Of a stretch of DNA of 64,000 nt, positions 1 to 11,500 are shown piece after piece. Positions within the stretch are counted from its first letter, which is position 1, and each line of letters opens with the position of its first letter. The position numbers were made by a program, and so were the translations under genes. The stretch is from Kudoa neothunni (Eukaryota > Animalia > Cnidaria): assembly GCA_964304625.1 (NCBI GenBank), contig OZ199838.1:15366929-15430928 (forward strand), in the 5' to 3' direction. A model generated the notes under the pieces. The model saw nothing but the letters and a program-made list of their open reading frames with translations, was not told where the DNA came from and searched no databases.

Positions 1-130
1 GTAATTTAATAATAGATGGATTATTTAATTTATCAATGTATAATTTTGTTTCAAAACAATTATCATTTAAAGTTATTTTAGCACATTTAAAATTTGAGAT
101 TATCGGATAAGAATATTATTTCAGGCTTGT

Positions 131-1014
131 TTAATGTTGCATGACAACGCGCACATTTCCCGTCCCTGTTCTCTGCGCATGTATATTATAATTACTGCAA
201 TAATATTGCGTGAATCGCATCTCCTGTTGATATTGTATACGTCGATATATTTGCGGAATGGTATCAACATAGTCACCACAAATCTTCAAATTTGACACTC
301 CAATCTCATCACCAAGATGATTCTTGCGTGAAAATGCCATGTATATAATAGGCATAGTTTTGATTAGATGAGGTTTCTCGTTTTCATTACTTTCACTTTT
401 GGGCAGAATTATTCGTGTATCAAGCGATTTGAAATGATTTTTAAAGCAACCCAACAAAAATGATCTGATAAACGGCTGAGACAAGGTGATAACAATAAAT
501 TTTCCTTCGGGTTTCAGCATTCGAGACATTTCCTCCAGATATTTCTCAGCCTTTTTACGATTTGCCTTGTTATCTTTGCAAAAGAGTGAATCAAACAACG
601 CCTTGTCGATAATAATATCAAAGCGCTGATCTTCGTATGGCATCTAAATCAATCCAACAAAAGTTGTGAATTCAACTGAGAAACATTTGTTACATTCAGC
701 GCATCATTAACTTGAAAGTCTATTGTTGGATGGTCGGATTGATATTTTGATTTCATATAATCGACACAGCTTTCCACGACGTCCGAATGAATAACATTTT
801 TGAAACCTTTTTTTTCCAATTCACAAGCCAACGTCGAAAATCCAGCTCCCGGTATGAGTATGTCCATTTCGGTGGAAATGAGATCGTTCATCAGCTCACC
901 CTCTAATTCATTAAAATCGGCGTACCAATCAACTTTTGACTCATCCTTGTTGGCGATGCTCTCCCAAAATTCTTTTTTATCAAATTTTGTCGCATCCCAC
1001 GTCGTTCCGACCAT
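131..1014 (-). CDS. METTL13: METTL13/eEF1A-KNMT-like class I SAM methyltransferase (N-terminal MTase domain), ~277 aa, 2 exons (1014-694, 643-131)
   Basis: A 50-nt GT..AG intron (693-644) joins two ORFs as DALN|MPY. Motifs FW..DWY, ILIPGAGFS (motif I), FDIIIDKALFD, SRMLKPEGKFIVITLSQ fit the METTL13/EEF1AKMT4 family; ITLSQPFI favours METTL13. The 3' end may continue outside the window. Confidence 0.75.
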
Positions 1015-4000
1015 TATAAAATATGTTTTACTCTGTGCGTGCGGCGATAAAAACGAGGATTTATTTGGGATTAACTTCGCTTGTCTGGAGGGGGTTTTTC
1101 AATCACTTCAGGTAGAGTTATTTCTTGTCTTATTTTTTGAGGTATACCTTTTGAGCTGCAATAATACTCGATTAGCCCCTATTATTACAAACTTCAATAG
1201 AAACTTTTTCCGCTCAATTAGGTGAACAATTTTAATAATTTATTTTATAGTAAACAAAATAGCTTAGAAACAAATCAGGGAATTAATGAAATTATCCGTC
1301 GGTATATGTGTGAAAATAAAAAAAAATTATTGAGCGCCATCATTAACCCAAAATGAAAATATCCTAATTATCTCCAGGTACCCTAAGGCGCAAAAAGACA
1401 GATCAATTCCTGTGTAAATATAACTTAGAAATATTGGAAGTTTATGGGTGTGGCATTCATTAGAATAGTTAATAAACGCCTTTTTATAATTACCGAATTA
1501 TACTTTAACTCAAATCGGCGGGATTACATTCTAATTTGAATGAACTCGGGTCATTCAATTATTAACCACGAATTTTAAACCTGATAAGGTATTAAAAAAA
1601 TCTGAACATTGACGCCTCGCTTGAAAATATTAGTGAGTTTATCTAAAGTATTAAGAATAGAAGCTTCGGTAATACCGCCAACGTATGTTTCCTTTCATTA
1701 ATTTAAATCCCATTTTATACATTATTTTCATAAAGATGCTAGAAAATCTAGAGCCTGTGGTTAAAGTTTTTCGTTTTAGAGTTGCTTTCATTCTTATTGG
1801 AAATTATCCAGTTATGGCTATGTTTTTAAACTTGTGTTTTGCGTAAAAACTGCTACAATAGTTTTTGTGATTAAATAAAATTTTTAAAATATGATTTAAA
1901 TGCCTACTTACATCAGATAATTTGACGGTGATCAACTTTAATGACTAGTAAATCAAAAAGGAGAACTTAACTGTTAATTATAGTAAGTTTTTACTATTCT
2001 ATTCAGACAAAGTAAAATACTACCTTTAAATTATTTTTAATCTTTGAGTGAAATTTGATAGAATATTATTTATCATTCATTTGAAGTTATTTAGTCACAA
2101 AATCTTTAAAATTGTTATCCTGTTGATGCACGAAATTAGAATTAATGCATGTGGTACTAAGTAATTTCCATTTTGATACTTAAATTGTGATACTTCAAAT
2201 TCTTTATTTGCTGTACTTTTTTGTTAGATTACGAAAAATTTTTCTGCGCGTAATAATATTTGAATATTGCAGATTTATGGTTTAAGTTAATTTTGTTTCG
2301 TGTATGATTCTATAAGATTTAACAACGAGCTTTATAACTCCATATAAAATTTAAAAGACCGGAATATTAGAAAAATATTAAGTTTATGTTTTTTAGTATG
2401 ATATCACCTTTTTATAATCAAGGATTTCTTTTTTTATAAATCTCTAAATAATAATTATAACAATAGTATCTCTTGTGAGGCAAATAACTCAGCGATAGAG
2501 CCGGAAAAAGTTAAGGTAATGCGCCGAAAGTTTGGAACATTAAATTGATTCTATTTATATAACGCATGTGTTATTAAGGAGAATGTGCCTAAGGATAGGT
2601 TTTTAAATAGTATGTAGGAATATATATTATAATTTTGTTGTATATATTTTTAAGAAAATGGTATATTACATCCAATCAAATTAATGACTTCCGATTATAT
2701 TTTTCGGTTAATTTAAAAAAACTGAAATTTAAATTAGTGTTGTTTTAGAAAATAAAATAATTAACATAATTGTGTATATAAACTTCGTTATATTCATTTG
2801 AGTCAACATCAGAGTTCAAAACTTAAAATTTCTTACAAGGAAATGTGTGACAAATCCATTTACATATTTAAGCTAATTTTATAATTAGCTAAATAGAATA
2901 TCTGAGAATAATTATGTTATTAACTTATTGTGCAAGAGCATCCGACAGAACTTATAACTCATTGAGAAAGGACTACAAGAGACTCAGAGACCATAAATAT
3001 TTTTATTTCGATGAACAATCCTTTTCCAAGAGTTATTTGATTTTTTGCAGGCGGATAACATTGAAGTCGACGTTACTATAATAATATGAAAGGAAATCAT
3101 ACATTCATATGGATTTTTACGATAAGAGTTTTCGCCTAAAAGTAATTGTCCATTTTGCGTTTTGATACAAATGCTAATATAGTGAGTCTCAATAAAATTT
3201 TAATAAATAATTACATGAATTTTTACACATTTGTCTAAAAAATTTATTTACTAACGTTTGAAGGTGTCCATAAAATACATTTATAGATATTATTTTTATA
3301 AATATTATAATTAAACATGTTAATAAACTGTATCATTAAGAAAAAATATGTCAGAACCTATTAAATTGTTAATCCATATGTTTAATATTTAGTAAATAGA
3401 GGTTTACCATATATGTAGAAAAATTGAAGATCTTTATGGATGAAATCGAAATATTTTGTTGCATATTCTTGAGATGCTTTGTTTCGTGTGTTTCCGTGTT
3501 TTAAATGGATCAATTAAATCACTTTTTTTAATATTTCGATGATTAATATATAATAGAACTAATACACTTGAAAATATGTTTAATGGAAAAAACCTGAGGT
3601 TATTTAAACGCTTACATGAATTAAATCGATTAAAATACCGATAAAAGTAACAATAAATAAAATTTCTTATCTAACAGAAAATTCTTTTCGAATACATTCA
3701 GCACTTCGCATTAACCATCGGTATTCCTTATATTGAGACGTAACGAATCCAAAATCACAAAGAATCAGCCTTTAGAAATAATTTTCTAAGGTTCAATAAA
3801 TGAAGACAACAATGGATTATGTAAAAGCATAATTATTATGATTGATAAATAAAATACTAATTAGAACCAACTTCTTTAATAATTACTGCAAAAGGACGAA
3901 AATATTACTCATTAATTTATTTACACAAAAAATTAGATAATAAAGAATTGAGGATAGATTTTCTTCGTTAAGATAAAATAAGAATATCATTCACATCAAA

Positions 4001-4170
4001 TTTATCGTAAGAATATGTAATTTATATTCCAACGCAAGTATTCCGATAAGGACAGTCAGATATTAAAATTTTGCGAATAAAATTAGCTACATATTGATAT
4101 TGTCTTGAAATTCTCAAGTAAGATATTACCATGTATTTGTAAGAGGTAAAAATATCAAAAATTGAAAAAG

Positions 4171-4243
4171 TGGAGAATGAGGGTATCGATCCCACTACCT
4201 CTCGCATGCTAAGCGAGCGCTCTACCATTTGAGCTAATCCCCC
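4171..4243 (-). tRNA. tRNA-Ala (anticodon AGC)
   Basis: GGGGGATTAGCTCAAATGGTAGAGCGCTCGCTTAGCATGCGAGAGGTAGTGGGATCGATACCCTCATTCTCCA forms a cloverleaf with the G3:U70 Ala identity pair and AGC anticodon, followed by a TTTTT terminator. Confidence 0.96.
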
Positions 4244-6064
4244 GACGTACGATTGGGGCTGAATGCGTTGATATATACAAGTGAGTTACCTATATTTAAG
4301 TTACCAGACATTTTTATCTAATTAATTTTTTTGATGAGTTAACATGTATTTTATTCAGAATTAATCCACTTCACTTACAGGCATTTCGAATATTCAACAA
4401 AAAATTATTGCATGACACTTGATAATAATACGTGTAATTCTGTATGACGCTGAACACGTTTCATATTGCCTTAGATGAATTATTTGCTTTCCAACTAAAT
4501 ATTAATAATAAGATAGAAAGAAGTATCATTTGGAACAAGAGGAAAATTGCATCACAATGACCGATTAGACGATTTCAAAGATGACTCAATGGAATCGTTT
4601 AGATTGGTTTTTAACTTTTACAGCCCAAAATTATTCATTTCCAAAATACTACACAGATCAGAATTAATTTTTATACCCATTAAATTTTTAAAACGAAACT
4701 CAAACGCAATCGATAGTCTATTTCTTGGGCCTGTTTAATTTCAAGGTACACAGCGGCTTAACTCCATAAATTTTTCTATTTTCCATTGTTTAACACTTCA
4801 ATAAAATTAATAACAAAGTATTAATACGGAACACATGTATTTAGAAAGCATATGTACGTAAAAATTAGTTATTATACTTGAAGGTGCTTACGACACTTCA
4901 TTTCGCTCTCCGGTTTAATAAGTATAATCTAGCCATTGAAAGTATTGATAATTTGAAATTTCTTTACGTAGTGGATTTTATTAGCCAATAACATCAATTT
5001 TTGTGAAATTAATGATTTTTAATACACGAAACAATAAGCTTCTTAGCCATTTCATCGAAATGTGCGCGTGCTCCATTTTTTATCTGTTTAACCATTCTTA
5101 TTTGTCAGTCATATTATTTATGTTCAGAAAATTAAATATTTTTAAAATATAAGAGAAAATTATCATCGAACTAAATTGAGGTAACAACATATATTAAAAA
5201 AACCATGCACATTTTATTTGTATCACGTATAGTGATAATCCAATCATAATACTAATTATTTCAAATTTACAACGAAAAACGCAAGGGATATATTTTAAAT
5301 CATTTAAAACTGTATAAATTAATTTGCACATCCAGAAAACACATTTTTTGCGTTGTGCAACGTATTTTATAAAAAGTAAGTTGTTCCGTCACGACAATAG
5401 TTGGGTAAATAATGATTTTCAATATTTGTTAGAAGTTTAAATACATATTTTACACAAAGAAACGAATTTATTAAATGGAGCATGCAAGTTATAAAGTACA
5501 ATGAACTTCCGATTATCCAGAAATAGCGCCATCCGAAACACATTAGGAATTTTATTTTGATTTTATAAAATCTAACCATTGATAAATATTCGGTAACAGA
5601 AATCTTTCCACCGGCAAAAAGAATTGCCGTTCTCAGATATTTCGTATAATCGAGGTTTCATCGTATTATAATTCAAAAGAATAAAATATCTCAACAAAAT
5701 TTTTATTCAACAACATAAATATATTATCTTGAAAAATTCTTTATTTTTTTTTAAATCAAACATCAGTTAATAAATATATACTTAAAAATAAAATACCTTA
5801 AAAATTAAGTAAAAATATCTTTTTTCTCATTTAAAAAATTTACTTAAAAACTTTAATTTTTAAACATTTATAATATAAAGCTTTTTCGGATGCTATATTT
5901 GATTTTATCCATGAATTAAATGATTATTTTTCTTATGATTAGGTTGAATACTTTTTAAAGTTTGATATTTTTATTTTAATTATCAACGTTCAGTTCGACT
6001 TAACATTTTCAGTATTTGGACTGACTATCGGATATTTTTTGAAAAACATATGGGTCGCTTTTAA

Positions 6065-7261
6065 CCCTCTAACGATCATAAGAACAACTTACCCCCAACG
6101 ATCATTTGGGGTCGAATCGACCCCACATTTTTATTTTTCTTTACTAAAAAATATTTTGTTTCAGTTTACGAAATATGTAAGAAATCTATCGAGAAAGTTT
6201 TGAGTAAATTTAGGTTTACTAACCCATTAATCTTCGATAATCCGTTAATGTACGGATTCAGACAACTTCGTCACATATCGTTAATATTACATACTGAAGA
6301 AACGGCGGCTACATTATGAAATGAGATTTATCTATACAAACTAATTTAATGATGTCAATTATTGCAATTTTAGTGAAATTAAAACAAATAAATATAAAAA
6401 GTAGTTTTACGATTTGTGCGCTAAAAATAACGCATTCGAATGTTCAGTCGTATCATAAGACCATTTACGAAGTATATTATTCCGCTTGGTTTAATTTTTT
6501 CAATTTTTAAACAGTTAATGCGACATCAAGCTGAATGGTCATTGCAAAAATGGCGATCGCACAATCCGTAAATAACAACAATGAAACATTGATTTTACTA
6601 TCAATGTCATATAGATTGCTGAGCCTAGTGGAGAGTTAAAAAAAATATTTTTTGAGCGTGTTCTTGATGTAGATTCTTTTGTAAGACTCTAAACTAACCT
6701 TGATTTATTAATCAATGAAGTATCGTATATGCCCAGATGGTCGTCATCAATTTCTCGAGAGACATCCTCATATACATTACCAGACGACTCATCGTTGTGA
6801 GATACAAAATTAAATTCAGAATCCATAGACATTCTCCTGATACTAAATTACTATTGAAGGGAAAAAATATTTTATATTACCTGATGCAATCAATCAACGA
6901 AAGTGTGCACGAACAGTGTTCGAATAGGTTGCGTCAGATCAGTTCAAAAATTAATTTTGATTTTCCTTAGAATTCTGTCGGTAACATTTTTTAATATATC
7001 ACATAACAAATTTATTGAATTTATGTACAAAATGACGAAATAAAAAGATGGGGTCGAATCGACCCCAAATGATCGTTGGAGAGTATTCTTTGAATTTCGT
7101 CTACGTAAAAAAACCTAAATTATCCAATATTCCTCAGGTGCTTAGAAGAATATATTTATAAAGAATAGCTTGAATCCAAAAACATTGAAGCTAAGGGAGA
7201 AAAAGTTATACGTTATTCAACTTTAGTTTGGGGTCGAATCGACACCAGTATCGTTAGAGGG
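6065..7261 (+). mobile_element. Non-autonomous piggyBac-like element, family A, copy 1
   Basis: TTAA|CCCTCTAACGAT ... ATCGTTAGAGGG|TTAA (TSDs 6061-6064 and 7262-7265). Internal palindrome TGGGGTCGAATCGACCCCA recurs at ~6107, ~7049 and ~7229. No transposase ORF. Confidence 0.9.
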
Positions 7262-8587
7262 TTAAAAACGGTTGCGAAAGTATGTTTCGAACGATAAAGT
7301 TTAATTCAAAAAGTTATCGGAGTCTCAAAATAACACCATTAACTGCTTAAGAACATTATTGGATCTGCTATAAAAACACAAATTAATATAAAATATCTAA
7401 ATTTATTATTTCAAAACTAAAGTTGTAAAATCAGCACACACGTTAAGACTCAACTCGATCACAGACATATTGCAACATTAACGTTCAATAATTTCAGAAT
7501 TGAATAATTATCAATAATTTCACATCTTTTTTTTTTTTAAATCACACTGAAATTTAATTTTAAAGAACAAGTGGGAAGACCTGTATGGTACTACTTTACA
7601 TCTAGGCCTATTCCAATGATTCCAAACAATTTCCTAATGATATTCTCTATAATATAATTAGTATATTATTTTTAATCTTTTATGTCGGTTAACAAGTTTA
7701 ATGAAGACTAAAAATTCTTGTACATTTGTGGATTAATGTGAGGATTAGCCAAAATTAATCCACATCACAAGTTCGCAAAGATTATAAACAGATTCCACAT
7801 AATATAGTTGACGCATAATGAAACATAATTATGATTCATAAATTTACGTAAATTATGCCGGATAATGTAAGATATGTATAAAAGGTAGCTTATATAATTT
7901 TTAGGAATATTTTTTCCAAGATCAATATCTAATGCAGATTTTGACAGCACGTACGACATTTATTCTAATAGGCGACGAAGAATTCGTAAATTAAGTTGAA
8001 TAAGTTAGATAACTTTAGAAAACCTTATATTTTATTGTATTCACAATAGATATAATTGTAAATCTATCCTATAAGAATCACAAATCTACCATATTCTTCG
8101 TCAAAGATGAACATATCAATATACTAATCAAATTTTATCCAAATATAGACTCGAAAATTGGATAGAAGCTTATAGATTAGATTTTATAATCCCCAAAATT
8201 GGGATAGGATAATTTAGCTAGTTAATTGTCAGTTTTGTAATGCGTATTACTTTCCCCAAAACATAAAACTATTATTGAGAATTTCATGAATTTTTTTAAA
8301 TCATCAAGCGCATTTTTACTGCTCGATTCATGGCTCAAATTATACAAAAGCAATCAAGCGCCCTTCGAAAATCTAGCTTTTAGACCGAATACTTAATCTT
8401 TCTTTTAAATAAACTGAAGCAGAACTCTTCACTATCATGAAAAATAGGGGGGGGTGTTACTTGACGGATGCTTATCTCTTTAGGCGTAGATTTAAAAATG
8501 TCACATGTGTCCCACAGCGCAAACGTGTAAGACTTTGCTTTGATTCTCACTTAAGTGATATCACTAACTTCCTAAACCATTGTTATA

Positions 8588-11500
8588 ATGGAAGATTCTA
8601 CAAGTGTATTCACTCCACATAAATCATGCTTTACATCAGATATTACAGTTAACACTCAGAAAATGCCCGACATATCCATTGAAAATTTTTTCAACAACAG
8701 TCATGTTGATCAGATGGATAAAGATAACACTTGCTCAAATACGAAGGGCCTTTTGAGTGATCCTTCATATTTCAATCACGATGAGTTCAAAAAGTTATAT
8801 TTCATGATTCCCATTTATGGTGTTATAAAAATCAAGTCTTTTGTTTGAGTGTTTGTTTGCTAATAAAACTCACCACTAGATAAGAACCAACATTGGAATT
8901 ATGGCTATTTGTTTGAATATGGGTGAAAAATTGCCATTTAGAAGCGTTTGTTGGAATCTCCCCCGATGATGATTGGCGGTGTTGGTATGAATTCTCCTGT
9001 TTGCATAGAGTGTGTAATTCCAAAATAGTTCCTCTAGCAGTCGAAGTGGATTCGCGCGGAGTGTTTCCTCGTTCGTTTGAGAAGGAACTTAGAGATGCTT
9101 ATCTTTCAATGTTCATGCAACTCCCAGCCCACGAGTACATACTCTCACATCCTTGCTTTGTGCATTGTATGATTGCTTCTTTTTTCAGGTAAGATATTTT
9201 AATTATGTGGATCCAACTTCTCGCCATCTTCAACAACTGTATATCACTGTAACAAATCATTCAATGTAATACTATCGAACGACTGAATATTCACCCATTA
9301 ATGTGTGATTAGAATGAACGAATATTTTTCTATTACAATGGTTATGGTGTTCCAGATCCAGAACCGGATGGGTCAATCTATTTGTCTACCTTTGTGAGAA
9401 TTTTGTGTTTGGTTGGTCGAATTGTCTATTTTCGTGTAGAATGATAGAGGATAAATGTGTATGAAAAAATTTCCCTAAAGGAACTCTATCAAAAGAGAAC
9501 CCCAAATCGCTAACTATTTTGGATTGCTCTTTTTCCGGTATCACTTTCAAATTAAAATCATTGTTTGATTAGAGTGTTTTTTAGAATACGTGTTGGATTC
9601 CTTGTTGGATGGAGAAGTGGATGTGGCCCTAAAAGTGCCCTCAATAAATTCTCCATATTTCTAGGTGCAACTAGAAAAAATCAAGTGCTACCCTTAAACT
9701 CAGAACTTCCTACCGATATTTTCACTATGTGTTTAACATCCCCGATAGAAACAGCCAATATTTTATTTCATTTTCGAAAAGCTAAGAAAGCCCAACGCGA
9801 ATTTTAGCATTAACGACGTGAAAAAGTAAAATATTTTTCGGTAGATGCTGTAATAATGCATTATGTAGGATTCCTGGTGTTAATAACGACAGAAACACAC
9901 TTAAAGGGGAAATCAAACTGGATATACACTACGATCATGGACACAATTGCGTATGCTTCTTTGCCATTAGGTGAGTTTGTTTATTCTGCACCTATATAAA
10001 TAAATTTTGGATAACCCAGTGGTTAATTACTTTTAAAATAGCAAAATTTCTCCAACTCTACAGAGGAGATTTACTTTTAGCGGGGTTGATGCGAAATTTT
10101 TTGCTGGCTTCTCGATTACTAGCACCCTTCAATTGCAATCCGGTTTCCTTTCCTAAATTACCTCGTACAATACACCAACATTACCTGTGGCAAGTGTGGG
10201 GACTATCACTTTGAACGAACTATGAATTTCGTCCAACATCATGAACACGCTTTTCACCTCTCAACTTCATTCTGACTTTTTTATCAACCAAATCAAATCA
10301 TTTGATCATTGGTTAAAAATACCGGGAAGTGAAAAATTTGTACATCCCGAATATTTGACACAAGCACTCCAAGTAGTTTTTTATTCCATTGATTAGAGGT
10401 TTGGACAACTTGTCTGTCGTATAATTACCCATTTGAAATACAATTCAAAGTAAAAGCGTAGCTTAATTTATCACATTATTGTTAGAAAATAAAAACAATT
10501 AATAGAGAAATAATGACTTATGTTAGTTGCTTACAAATTTAATTAAAGCTATACTGTATTAGAAGGTACTTCTATTCTATTTGGTTATTAGTAATTAAAC
10601 CACCAAATTGTATATTTTTGGCCTCCATCTTTTAAAAAAGCGCTTACCGACTCAAAATTAAGTTTTCGTCCTTCTAGATCAGTGCGTCCCAGGCCTCACT
10701 GATGGGGACAGAAATTTGTGAACGTTTAATGAACCGCTGTGATGGCGCGGAAAATCTTGAGTATTGACGTGACACAGATAATGATGAGATATTTAGATAA
10801 TATGATGTACTTTGAAGTCAATATCGGGATTGTCGAAATCGCTTATTTTTACGTAACGGTTAATACCATAAAAAGTACAAAGATAATGACTAATTATATA
10901 AAAATTAATAATAATACTTAACACGTCTTCACCCAAATCTTGCCTCATTTAGAATCATATATCCCTCCCTTTTTTTGATTAAGCCCAATTCAAATTGATT
11001 AATTTTGTATTTATATTCATTATTTTTGGTTTATTACCTCCGTATTCACAAGTCTTTCCTATTGAAGGCTGAAATATCACGAGTTTCATCAGACGCGGTT
11101 TTTGACGGGATGAAGAACTAAGGATGTTAATTTTTAAGGTTCATCGATACATTAAGTTAGATCTGATCAAACACGTTTTAATTTTAACGAGAAAAAGAAA
11201 TATATATTGATTTCTTTAAAATTTTACTGCGATAGAGATCTTTATTCAAAGTTATAAATGGGTTAAGTTAAAAAATCAATACTTTTGAAAGATATGGGTG
11301 ACAGAACTTTTTTTCAAAAAAAGTGGGGAATTATAATAAAAAGATTAGGAAAAATTGTTATAAATGATATTAACTTAATTCAAAATTTAATTTTGATGAC
11401 AATCAACTATTAAATATGAACAATTAAAAAGTGGAGAAAATATATTTTTTTAATAGGAGAGTTAGTTATTAAATTATTTTTATTTTATTTCTTGACAAAT

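Noticed and set aside
800-1225. 141-aa plus-strand ORF
   Set aside because: Antisense shadow of the methyltransferase exon 1, TTG start, no motifs.
4022-4228. 68-aa ORF MVERSLSMREV..
   Set aside because: It is a translation of the tRNA-Ala gene.
8923-8953. Apparent GT..TG non-canonical intron in Raptor (CLNMG|ISP)
   Set aside because: Lies in the indel-rich stretch; one missing A restores AG, nearby in-frame AGs exist, and all introns in clean genes are GT-AG.
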